From Tetramitus jugosus (Eukaryota > Protista > Heterolobosea), in NCBI GenBank assembly GCA_937625935.1, contig OW569388.1, positions 248,001-312,000 of the forward strand: 64,000 bases of DNA, given 5' to 3'. The stretch's first letter is position 1. The number at the start of each line of letters is the position of its first letter. Position numbers and translations under genes: made by a program. This document shows, piece by piece, positions 9,075 through 19,836 of this stretch. The notes under the pieces were generated by a model, which did not search any database, was not told the DNA's origin, and saw nothing but the letters and a program-made list of their open reading frames with translations.

Positions 9075-9502
9075 TGCGTCTGATTTTGTTTTCTGGTTTT
9101 GATGTCTCTCGACAAACACCACCAGAACGTTGAGAAGGAATTTGGCATGATGGCGGAGAATACTTTGAAGGGGAACATGTTACAATAGTTTTTTCTGCAT
9201 CGGAGAAAGCGTCGGAGAAATGTGCCTTCTTGAAAGATCACATCATCGTTTTTGTTTGATGCTTTTACGAAGCATTTGGTGACCTCTTTTTATGCATACC
9301 CTTCAACTTGAATGTTTCTTGTCTTGAACCTCGTAAAAGGAGAACTGGTTTCCAGTTGCGTGTTGGGCAGCAGCGAACTCCGACCTCCGACTGATCTGCG
9401 TGTTGATTCGATTGCTCCACTGGAAACCAACACCGAGAACAGAAGAAGAATCAAAAAAGCAAATCAAACCAAAACAGACAAGTACAAAAAAACAACAACA
9501 AC

Positions 9503-12500
9503 ATGACAAGAGTTCCTTCTCGTGTCAACTACTGGCTGTTATTGGCTGCAGTACTACTACTGATTACACTGTCCACCATCACAAATGCCCAGACGGTCAT
9601 TGAAAACGTTGGAAAGGGCATTCGCTCCAAAGTAAGTTGTTTTTTTTACAACAAAAAATCTTTCGCTCCACTTTTTTAAAGTGGCGCCAAACTCGTACGA
9701 TGATTAGCTCACACTCACACATATGATGATCATCATGTGCTTTTTAGACTGGTTTGCATCAAATGACCACCTATCACCTACCAGTGTCAAAGCTAGCTTC
9801 CATGACAAGTGATGATCACTTGCTCTTCATTTTGTCTCCTTATTCTGGTGACGCTGATTTGTTTATTGCAACAGATCGCGATCCACAACTTGATGCCAAC
9901 CACAAGTGTACCAACTGTATCTTGGGTGGTTCCACACCTCATGGAGAGATTAAGAGTATCAAGAGAAGCGATAATTTGTGGCCAACCAAGGCAGACTCTG
10001 TTTTCTACATTGGTGTCTATGGTTACACACCTGCTGATTACTTGTTGAACGTTTATCCAACCAACAGTATGTCGTCACACAATTTTTTTTTGATCATTTC
10101 TTTTTTTTGTAAATCTTTGTCGCTCGCTCATTCACACAATTCCATTTTTTTTCTTCTTGTTGTTGTTGCTGAATGATGATATAAACAGTGCATGCCGAGT
10201 TGGATTTGGGTGCAACTCAAGTGTCCTACTGTGTCCAAAGAAATTTCACCTACTTCAAGTTCCAATTGGACGATGCCTCTAACTTTACCATTTCTGTCAC
10301 TCCAATCAATGGTGATCCCGATGTGTATGTGTCTACCACAAACCAGAAGCCAACTCGAACTGACTTTGAATGGTCAGCTGCCTTGTTTGGCTTTGACGGT
10401 TTAAGCATTCACACCACTGATCAACACTACAAGCCCAATGGAGTGTACTATATTGGTGTTTATGGATTCTTTTTGGATACGTATTTTGCCATATCGATCA
10501 ACAAGAAGGATACCTATACTGATTTGATTGAGGGTATTGCCTCATCCAACTATGTCGAAGCCAATGGTGATCGTTACTTTAAATTTACTTTGAAGAATCC
10601 TGGTCATACATTGTCATTCACTGTTGATCCACTCATCAGTTCTGGTGATCCAGATTTGTATGTCACTACAAACATTACCTCTGGTCCTCCATCCAAGGCC
10701 AATCATCAATGGTCCGCTGAGTCATTCAGTGGTGATGCCATTGTTGTTCCAAGTGCGAGAGCTACCACCTATTATATTGCCGTTCATGGATATCGCATTG
10801 AAACTCCTTTCCAATTGCTTGTCCAGACCGAGTACACTAGCACTCAATTGAACGACGGTGTTGATCAACTTGGTGTTGTTGGTCCAGGCCAATACACCTA
10901 CTACAAGTTTGCACATGGTGATTCTGTGTCCGGTCTTTCAATTACTGTGACACCAACACAACAGGACTCTGTCGAAGTCTATGCCTCAACAGAGACAACT
11001 CGTCCAGATGCCAACAAGTATGAACATCTTGCCGGTCGATCCGAATCAGGTGGTAGATTCTTCTACTTCCCTCCTCCAACCAACACTGGAACATACTACT
11101 TTGGTGTGTACAGCAGAACCAGTGCCACCTTTACCATTTCTGCTCAAACATTGCAAACCGCAACCGTGTTGAGAGATGCTGAGCCAAATTATGAGAATCA
11201 AGTACCATCTGGACTCTATCGTCTCTTTGTCTTTGATTATCCTCCAGGCCAGAAGAAGGATTTGTCCATCAGTGTTCTACCATGGGAGGGCGATGTCGAT
11301 CTGTTCGTCTCTGCCACCATTGAACGACCAAAGAAGGACAACTACACCTGGTATAGCAATGGTTGGAGAGAGGACACTGTTGTGATTCCTGCAAACGATC
11401 CAAACATTCAAGGCAAGAACAGAGTATTCATTTCTGTTTATGGCGCATCTCAAACCACTGGTTACTTCGCAATCCTCGCACTTATTTCTGGAGGATCTGT
11501 ACCTCTCAAAGACGGTGTTGTTCTCTCTGGTTCCGTTGCTACAGACAGATATCAGTACTACAGCTTCGAGGTGACCAATGCTGGATCCATTAACATCAAT
11601 CTCGAATTGTCATCTGCTGATGATGAGGCTGACTTGTACGTCAGTACTCACACTGAAAAGCCAACAAAGTACGACAGAGATTATGCATCCACTGAGTTTG
11701 GTAACGATTTCTTGAACATTCCAAATGCTCCAGCCGGTGTCTATCACATTGGTGTCTATGGTCAGTATGCTTCGGGTGACAAGATTCCTTACACCATTAC
11801 CGTGCGTCAAAACCATCAATCGTTGCCAGTCAACAGATTTAACATGTTTGAAGTTGCACCACAAGGATCTAGCTACCAATTCCGTACCTATGTGTCTCCA
11901 TACTCTGAAGGTCTAATGTTTGCCACTACTTTAATCAGTGGTAGAACAAACATGTACATTTCTACCAACTCGTCAATTCTTCCAACAAAGGACCACAATG
12001 ATTTTGCCGCAACATCATGGCCAGGTAATTCAATCTTCGTTCCAAAGAACGACCCAAAGTTTGTTAGCGGTGGTGACTGGTTAGTTGTTGTTGAAGCTCT
12101 CGAGAACTCCAACTATTTCATTAGTGCATCTTCATTGCCATATTTTGCATACATTAGAGAAGGTGTTCCAAGATTCGGTGTTGCTCCAAGCGAAACACCA
12201 ATTCTTTATGCTTTCTGGCTGCCATATGCAAACGCAACTGAGCAAGAGGATTACTATTTCAGCATCAGAGTCCTGAACGGAGCAGTTGATGTTTACATGA
12301 ATCAAGATTACGCAAACATCCCATCCGAGCAACATAACATTCTCTTCTCCAAGGGACCAAATGATCGTTTGATGAAACTCGACAAGTCTCTTCTTAAGTT
12401 TGGCAGAACTTTGTACATGGCATTGTACGGTATTGGTTCATCAAGCCACTATGAAGTCTCTTTGAACAAAGCAAGTTCTCCTAGATACCTGGCTTTGGAT

Positions 12501-13490
12501 CAACCTCAGACTCAAACCACTGTCCCAGGTCAGTACACTTACTTTAGATCTTTGAACAATGTTCAGAACCCACAGGCATTGAATATTGTCGTCGAGGCAT
12601 GTACTACTGAGCCTGCTCCATACGTTTATGTGTCCTCCAATGCTGACAACAAGAAGCCAACCAAGGACAAGAAGGACTTTGCTTCTACTCGTTCAAAGAA
12701 CACCAGAGTCCAAACTGTTCAAACCTCAAAGAGCACCAAAGCTGAATATTATCTTAGTGTGTTGATGAACGAAAAGGAGGCTACTGTCTATTCCATTCAC
12801 GCTTCTACTGACTTTGGCTCCAGACCTCTTGTCAAAAAGCCTGTTTTGAGCGGAGGACCAATGAAGAGCAAGCAAGTGCGACTTACTATTCCAATGGCTG
12901 TTCCCCCACCAAAGTTTGCTGATAGATCATTCTACTACACTGTTTATCTTGTTGAGTTGACCAAGAAGAACAACAAGTACCTACCTTTCAACTTTGACAC
13001 CGTCTGTGGTATTCAATACTATGGTATCGAGGCTGGAACTGCCAAGGTTGACCCAACCGCCAAGAATGTTCAATACCTGGTCGATATTGATCCAAAGAAG
13101 GAATATGCTGTGAACGTGATTGTGTCTGACAGCTTTGGATTATCCACTGCATACCAACCAGCCTATATTCTCAAGGGATCATTCACTACCACTCTCAACC
13201 CATCCATTAGAAAGATTAGCGTCGGTGGTGTGTTCATTCTGTTGGGCATGATTGCTATTGTTGCCTACTTGACCATTGGTGCCGGTTACAATGCATTCAA
13301 GGGTGAGAGAGGTGTTGCCATCATTCCAAACCACGAGTTCTGGATGGATTTGCCAAGTCTGCTATTGGACGGTGTCAAGTTTGTCATTAGCTGCGGAAGA
13401 GTCAACACCGGATACTCTGAGTTTGACAGAGCATCCACTGGTTCAACCAACACTGGTGCAAGCCAAGATTCTGGTTATGGTGCCATCTAA
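9503..13490 (+). CDS. type I membrane protein: about 9 PPC-like beta-sandwich repeats + ATG27/CD-MPR-like TM and tail (exons 9503-9631, 9748-10066, 10189-13490)
   Basis: Signal peptide in exon 1. GT-AG introns 9632-9747 and 10067-10188 keep the frame. Repeated GD(A/P/V)DL(Y/F)V..YYIGVYG units. Tail YN...GERG..IIPNHEFWMDLPSLLLDGVKF, ending YGAI. Confidence 0.85.
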
Positions 13491-13623
13491 CTCAAATAGA
13501 TGTACATCCACCTTTTTTGTATCATACATAATACAACATACTTCATTCATTTGATTGACATGAATCTTGTGAAAAAAGCGCGAAAAAATCTTTATTTCTC
13601 CGAGCTCACAACAAAAACAAAAA

Positions 13624-14755
13624 ATGCTGGGCAACAAGAGAATCAACATCATTGCATCCAAACTGCAATCCACAACAAAGCACCAGCGCTTATGGTCACC
13701 ATCTCCACTCGGAACAACAACAGCCATCAGTGGTCACAACAACAGCTTCACCAATGTACTCTCCAACAATCATTTCTTATTTGCTCAGCAACAACAACAA
13801 CAGTTGCGTTTCGCAGGTCACAACAAGTGGAGTAAGATTCGACACAAGGTTCGTTTTTTTTGTCATTTTTTGACTGAAAGTTAAGCAACAAAATTCCGAC
13901 TCAAAAACTCCTATTGCAATCACTGAATACAACAAATACAAAAAACAATAGAAAAAAGTGACGGATGGCGAAAAGATGAAAAAACTTGGCAAGTGCTCCA
14001 AGGAAATTACGAGTGCTATCCGTGAGTCCAACGGAGATACTGACCCTTCATCCAATCTCAGACTCCGCTTGATTCTAGACAAGGCGCGAAAGATGAACAT
14101 GCCAAAAACCGTAATCGATCGCGCAATCAAGTCGGCAACGGACAAGGACGCCCTGGCCATGGAGCGCATTCTTTACGAGGGAACGGGACCCTGTGGTGTC
14201 GGTTTCGTCATAGAGTGCCTCACGGACAAGCGAACGCGAACAGCTCAAAATATGCGTATCGCCTTCAAGGATAATAAAGGAACGATGGGAACAAAGACTC
14301 TGTGGTGTTTCCAACAGAGGGGTTCCGTTGTATGCAGTCTTTTTGTGCCTCATGACAAGGTCACTGATTCCATCAAGGAAAATATGGAACTTGTGATGAT
14401 GGACTTGCTCAATGAAGAGGAGGAGTATCACTTGGAAACGGTTGACCACAGTGATAGTGATGAGGCACAATTGATTGCGTTCACGGAAGTGAGATTCATC
14501 GTGTTGACTGAACCGGCAAAAGTTCATGATTTGAATCGAACTTTACTTGCAGGATTTGTCAATTCTGAGCAGTTGAAACAAGAGTGTCATGTTCAAAGAT
14601 CAGACTCTGAAATGTCAGTCATTTATCATCCGACCATGACGGTTGATGTGGTGAATCAGGAAGATACGGAGAACTTGTTGGAGATTGTGTCAACATTGGA
14701 AGATGATGACGATGTGGTCAGTGTGTTTCACAATGCAAGATTTGTGGACGAATAA
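13624..14755 (+). CDS. TACO1: YebC/PmpR/TACO1 family protein, probably mitochondrial (exons 13624-13848, 13952-14755)
   Basis: AGHNKWSKIRHK|KK, NMPKTVIDRAIK, YEGTGPCGV, TDKRTRT, LEDDDDVVSVFHN; N-terminal presequence-like extension; intron 13849-13951. Confidence 0.9.
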
Positions 14756-14847
14756 ATCATGTATGTGTGTGTTCTTTTTAGTTTAATTTCAGAATAGAAG
14801 TTAGTTCAACTAAATGTTGAGGAGTTATCTTGGTTCTAAGATGATGT

Positions 14848-17298
14848 TTATTTTGTTTGAGACCTTAACTCTACATCATTGTTATTCTTGTCGTTGTTGT
14901 GAATATGATTGTTCCTTTCTCCCTTTCTCTTTCTTCTCATGAAGAAGACAAGGGCAACCAGTGTTGCAATCAGAGCCAGTGCAATGAGAATGACAAACAC
15001 ACAAGCAAGAACAATGAGAGCAATTGCATAGGCTTTCAATTTTCTCTTTGGTGAAGTGACATGATTGTTGTTGTTTCCATTATTGCCATTATCAGTGTTG
15101 TTCTTTGGACCCTCAACTTGATAAACTTCAATGCTGGAAGTCCATTCCACAATTTGGTCATGATTTGTCAAGGCCTGTGCGAATACAGTGAAATTGCCAG
15201 TGGTCGAAATTGTTGTGTTCAGAATGCGAGAGTCATTCCATTGATTGAGAAATACCCTTCTACTTTCCACATCAAAGAGTCCAAAACGATATGTTGAAAA
15301 CAGTTCATCAGTGGTGTTGAATAGAAAGTAGTCAGACGATTTCGCTCCTCTGTTAGGAACAACATTAAGTTGGCCAACCATGGGATCTAACAATTCAATT
15401 GTGGAAGTCCACTCCACAATCGCATTGTGTTTAGACAATGCTTGCACAAACACAGTGACATTGCCTGAAATTGATATTGTGGTGTTCAGCACTCGATAAC
15501 CATCCCATTCACTGAGGAACACTCTTTGTTCTTCTGCGTTAAGGAATCCAAATCGATATGTTGAGAACAGCGCGTCAGTGGTACTAAATTGGAAGTAGTC
15601 ATACAATATAAGTCCTTTGTTGGGAGTGACCTTAAATTCGCCAGTCTTTGGCTCTAACAGTTCGATACTGGAGGTCCACTCCACAATCTCATCTGCATTC
15701 GAGAGTGCCTGAACAAACACAGTGACATTTCCGGAAATTGGTAACGTTGTGTTCAGAACTCGGTTGTCGTCCCACTCACAGAGGAACACCTTTTGCTTTT
15801 GGGCGTTGAAGAACCCAAATCTATATGTGGAGAACAACTCGTCAGTTGTATTGAAGAAAAAGTAGTCATAGAGCATCAGTCCTTTGTTGGGGACAACACT
15901 AAGTCCATCAATTTTCGGTTCCAGGATCTCTGTAAAATAGAAGAAGAACGGATCTGTTGTGTTGACTGTTGGGCCATACTGGAAGTGCACAACAGGTCCC
16001 AAAGCGGCTCCAAAGACAGAGATGTAACCATCGTCAGTAACAGAGATGTAGTCGCTTTCTGTTCCAATACCTTGAACTGTGAGGAACGATAAGACCTCTC
16101 CAGAACCAGTCAACTTTGCATAAAAGCCAGTCAGGGCTTCCGCATCACAAGAATAGATCTTGTCAAGGCTTGCCGTGCAATTGAAGAAACCAACAAGATG
16201 AATCGACCCATATCTATCAAGGGTTGAACTTGCCACAGCATGATACATTCCTTCTGGGAACAGTGATTTGGCCCAGACAACTTCTCCATTGGTTCGATTG
16301 TATTGGACAAGAAACATGGAAGGAAAGCTCTTGTCTGGAATGGATTGAATCGTCGTATCTCCGAATGTAACATTCACAAAAACATAACCAGAGAGATAGA
16401 TTGTGTCTTCAGGACCAACAGAAATGCTCCTAGTATCACTCAAGTAACTTCCAGTTGGAAATGGAGTGATCCTCAAAAATTCGCCATTATTCTTGTTCAA
16501 AGTAGCCAAAAAGAGATTGATTCCATCAATATTGATACTGTCATCAAAGATTCCATTCTGAAGTGCACCAGCAAGGTACACATGTTGATCATCTGATGCC
16601 AGAGAATCTGCTCGCACACCAGTTGCCTTTGTTGCCCATGCTGCTGTTGCGTTGTGATCTAATCTTGCCACGAATGCTGTGTCCGAGCCACCTGCAAGGG
16701 TGATGTTGTCCAGTTGAATGCTCTGCTGAAAGATACCTGATAAGAAAAAGATATCCTCGTTGTTTTCATCACAATTAACACTGGCCACAGTGGGATATGT
16801 AGAAGCTACCTTCTTGTGCCAAACATATTGTCCATCTCGATCAAACTTGATCATTGTTGTTGCATCCTTCCCTGTTGTATTGAAAAGTGGAAAGTAGCCC
16901 GCACGGCAGTTCACCAGAACTAAAATGACAGACTCTTGATCACAAGAAGGCAAAAGGATGGAGTCCGCACATGTTGATCCCGAGTCGATGGAAGTGGTCC
17001 AGACATAGTCTTTCAATTGTGAGTCATACTTGGCAATGACGTGGTAACCTGGTTGCACTGGAACTGAACCGAGCGTAGAACTCATGATGTTACTCATGGT
17101 GTAAAATGTTCTGAAGATTGTTCTCCTGTTGACAGCTACTTCTTTGACTGGGACGAATTGTAGGTCTGTTGAGAACATTGTTTGGATGTCACCGAACATG
17201 TTTGATGGAGATGCATGACTCTCAACCAACGACGATGATTTGGAACCAATGAGTAGAAGAGCAAAAATTGTGACTACTAAGACATAGAGAGTTTTCAT
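14848..17298 (-). CDS. single-pass receptor, array member 1: beta-propeller + 3 REJ/PKD-like modules + TM
   Basis: Signal peptide; propeller-type repeats (FVARLD..AAWATK, FLVQYNRTNGEVVWAKS); three copies of VVPNxG..DYF.F.TTDELFSTYRFG..WTS.IE; TM followed by a basic stop-transfer stretch. Confidence 0.85.
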   Translation of the reverse strand: MKTLYVLVVTIFALLLIGSKSSSLVESHASPSNMFGDIQTMFSTDLQFVPVKEVAVNRRTIFRTFYTMSNIMSSTLGSVPVQPGYHVIAKYDSQLKDYVWTTSIDSGSTCADSILLPSCDQESVILVLVNCRAGYFPLFNTTGKDATTMIKFDRDGQYVWHKKVASTYPTVASVNCDENNEDIFFLSGIFQQSIQLDNITLAGGSDTAFVARLDHNATAAWATKATGVRADSLASDDQHVYLAGALQNGIFDDSINIDGINLFLATLNKNNGEFLRITPFPTGSYLSDTRSISVGPEDTIYLSGYVFVNVTFGDTTIQSIPDKSFPSMFLVQYNRTNGEVVWAKSLFPEGMYHAVASSTLDRYGSIHLVGFFNCTASLDKIYSCDAEALTGFYAKLTGSGEVLSFLTVQGIGTESDYISVTDDGYISVFGAALGPVVHFQYGPTVNTTDPFFFYFTEILEPKIDGLSVVPNKGLMLYDYFFFNTTDELFSTYRFGFFNAQKQKVFLCEWDDNRVLNTTLPISGNVTVFVQALSNADEIVEWTSSIELLEPKTGEFKVTPNKGLILYDYFQFSTTDALFSTYRFGFLNAEEQRVFLSEWDGYRVLNTTISISGNVTVFVQALSKHNAIVEWTSTIELLDPMVGQLNVVPNRGAKSSDYFLFNTTDELFSTYRFGLFDVESRRVFLNQWNDSRILNTTISTTGNFTVFAQALTNHDQIVEWTSSIEVYQVEGPKNNTDNGNNGNNNNHVTSPKRKLKAYAIALIVLACVFVILIALALIATLVALVFFMRRKRKGERNNHIHNNDKNNNDVELRSQTK

Positions 17299-17654
17299 TT
17301 GTGTGTGTTTTGACGTGGGTGGTGGTTTTCAACGATGTCTTATCTTTTAGCTCAAGTTCTTGAGATTGGGTCCAATGGAAAATATCAGAGATTGGTGACA
17401 GATGGCGACTATTGGGTTGACAACATGATTATCCAAGACCGAAAATGGTGGTGGTTCAATTTCTTCATGCCCGCGGTGCAGCGGACCACATCTTGTACCA
17501 TCAATATCTTCCAATTTATTAAAATGATTGGACCATACTAAGGGTTTGCAATGTCAAACCTGATATTCGAATGTTTTGGGAGGGGAGGGTGTCAAAATCA
17601 TGTTCTAGACAAGAGAGAGCAAGAATGTTCTTTTTGGGGGATGGTCCTAGTTCA

Positions 17655-19550
17655 TTATTTGGTTTCGCACCTCATCTCCAAATCGGTGTCATTCTTGTTT
17701 TTGTACTTATCCTCCCTTGCATTTTGCTTACTCTTCCTTTTCCTGAAGCAGAGAATGGCAACCAGAGTGACAACAAGAGCCAGGGCACTGATTATTATGA
17801 ATACGCAAGCAAGAACAATCAAAGCAATTGCATAGGGCTTTAACTTTCTCTTCTTACTTGCTGAGGTGCCATGGTTGTTGTTATTGCCATTATTGCCATT
17901 ATCAGTGTTGTTCTTTGGACCCTCAACTTGATAAACTTCAATGCTGGAAGTCCATTCCACAATTTGGTCATGATTTGTCAAGGCCTGTGCGAATACAGTG
18001 AAATTGCCAGTGGTCGAAATCGTTGTGTTCAGAAATCGAGAGTCATTCCATTGATTGAGAAATACCCTTTCACCTTTCAAATCAAAGAATCCAAATCGAT
18101 ATGTTGAAAACAATTCGTCAGTTATGCTCAATTGAAAGTCATCATTCAATGTAACTCTTTCTGTGGGAACCACATTGAATGCCTCAGATTTAGGTTCCAA
18201 AATCTCTGCCAAGTATATGAACACACTATCTGTGATGTTGAGTGTTGAACCATGTTGAAAATGAACCATTGCTCCCATACCATCCCCAAACACCGACATG
18301 TACCCATCATTTCCGCCAGAGAGATAAACTGCTTCCACTACATTCCCAGTAATCGACAGGAAGGACAATAACTCTCCAGAATTTGTCAACTTTGCATAAT
18401 AACCAGAAAAAGTGTTTGTGTTACATGAAAAGATCTCCTCAAGGCCTGCTGCGTAATTGAACACACCAACTGTGTGTAATTCCTCCTTACTATCAACGAT
18501 CATACTGAATACTGCGTGGAACAATCCTTCTGGGAATAGTGATTTGGTCCAGACAACGTCTCCATTGGTTCGATTGTATTGCATCACAAACATGGAGGGA
18601 TAATCCTTGCTACCCAAAATAGTTGAGTTTCCCAAAGTTGCATTCACAAAGACGAAACCTGAGAGATATATTGTGTCATGAGTACCAACAGAAATACTAG
18701 TAACAGAACTTTTGGTGCTTCCCGTAGCAAATGGGACCACTTCCAAAAAATCTCCACTATCCCGGTTCAAACTGCACCAGAAGATATGAGTTCCAAGAAT
18801 GCCGATCGAGTCACCGAAGTTGGCGTTCTCAAGTGCACCCGCGATGTACACACTGTGTTCATCTACTGTCATAGCTGTTAATTGCACTCCTGTTGCATTC
18901 GTTGCCCACGCAACTCTTGCATTGTGATCAAATTTAACCACATAGGCACTGTTCGAGTCGCCTGTCAGTGTCACATTGTCCAATTGGATACTCTGTTCGA
19001 AAACACCTGCCACATAAAAAACATCCCTACTCTCCACACATGTTATACTCGCCACAGTGCTGCCATAGGAAGAGTTCACCTTCTTGTGCCAAACATACTG
19101 TCCCGTGCCATCATACTTGATGATCAACGAACCAGCGTCTCCAGTAGTATTGAATTGAGGGAAGAATCCATAACACACCCCGAAAACAACAATAACGGAT
19201 TCACCGTCACAAGAGGGCAGTACCACACTGTCCCAACAAAGACGTTCTTCGTTAATATTGATAGAGGCAGCCCAGACATAATCATTCAATTGTGCGTCAT
19301 ACTTGGCCACAATATGACTACTCGGAGGGACTTGAAAAGATCCGAGGGTTAAATTAACTGAAGAATCTATCACCTTAAAAACTCTGAAAATCGTTCTCTT
19401 GTCTACTATGGCCTGTCTCATAGGGATTGCTACTTGACTGGGATCGCCAGCACTTTCCACGTTACCGAACAAATTTGTGGGAGAGACCAGACCCTCTACA
19501 GCAAATGAACCAATGAGGAGCAAAGAAATAAGTATGATGAGTGTTTTCAT
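17655..19550 (-). CDS. single-pass receptor, array member 2: beta-propeller + 1 REJ/PKD-like module + TM
   Basis: Paralogous to 14848-17298; start MKTLII at 19550. Confidence 0.85.
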   Translation of the reverse strand: MKTLIILISLLLIGSFAVEGLVSPTNLFGNVESAGDPSQVAIPMRQAIVDKRTIFRVFKVIDSSVNLTLGSFQVPPSSHIVAKYDAQLNDYVWAASININEERLCWDSVVLPSCDGESVIVVFGVCYGFFPQFNTTGDAGSLIIKYDGTGQYVWHKKVNSSYGSTVASITCVESRDVFYVAGVFEQSIQLDNVTLTGDSNSAYVVKFDHNARVAWATNATGVQLTAMTVDEHSVYIAGALENANFGDSIGILGTHIFWCSLNRDSGDFLEVVPFATGSTKSSVTSISVGTHDTIYLSGFVFVNATLGNSTILGSKDYPSMFVMQYNRTNGDVVWTKSLFPEGLFHAVFSMIVDSKEELHTVGVFNYAAGLEEIFSCNTNTFSGYYAKLTNSGELLSFLSITGNVVEAVYLSGGNDGYMSVFGDGMGAMVHFQHGSTLNITDSVFIYLAEILEPKSEAFNVVPTERVTLNDDFQLSITDELFSTYRFGFFDLKGERVFLNQWNDSRFLNTTISTTGNFTVFAQALTNHDQIVEWTSSIEVYQVEGPKNNTDNGNNGNNNNHGTSASKKRKLKPYAIALIVLACVFIIISALALVVTLVAILCFRKRKSKQNAREDKYKNKNDTDLEMRCETK

Positions 19551-19836
19551 TTGTGTAGGTTTGTCGAACTTTTGCATTTATGCGGTCGATGCCTATCTTC
19601 TAGCTCAATCAGAAAAGTACGAACGGGAGATATCCAAAATTATGACAGATGAGGTTATCCATTGCTCGAAGTGGTGGAGGTTCAAATTCCCAACGGACAA
19701 CATCCCGAACCTCCAATATCTCAACTAGATGATATCGCGCGACGAATGCCAATGACGACAGGACATTTTTACCAAAACGAATTGGAATGAGAATAGGGCA
19801 CATCGGGTTTTATCTCCTACAATGTGTCCTCTATGT

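Noticed and set aside
6607-9122. Macro and ankyrin ORFs overlapping at 7593-7641 as one frameshifted gene
   Set aside because: The overlap depends on a non-ATG extension; the ankyrin gene has its own plausible ATG at 7458 after an A-rich leader.
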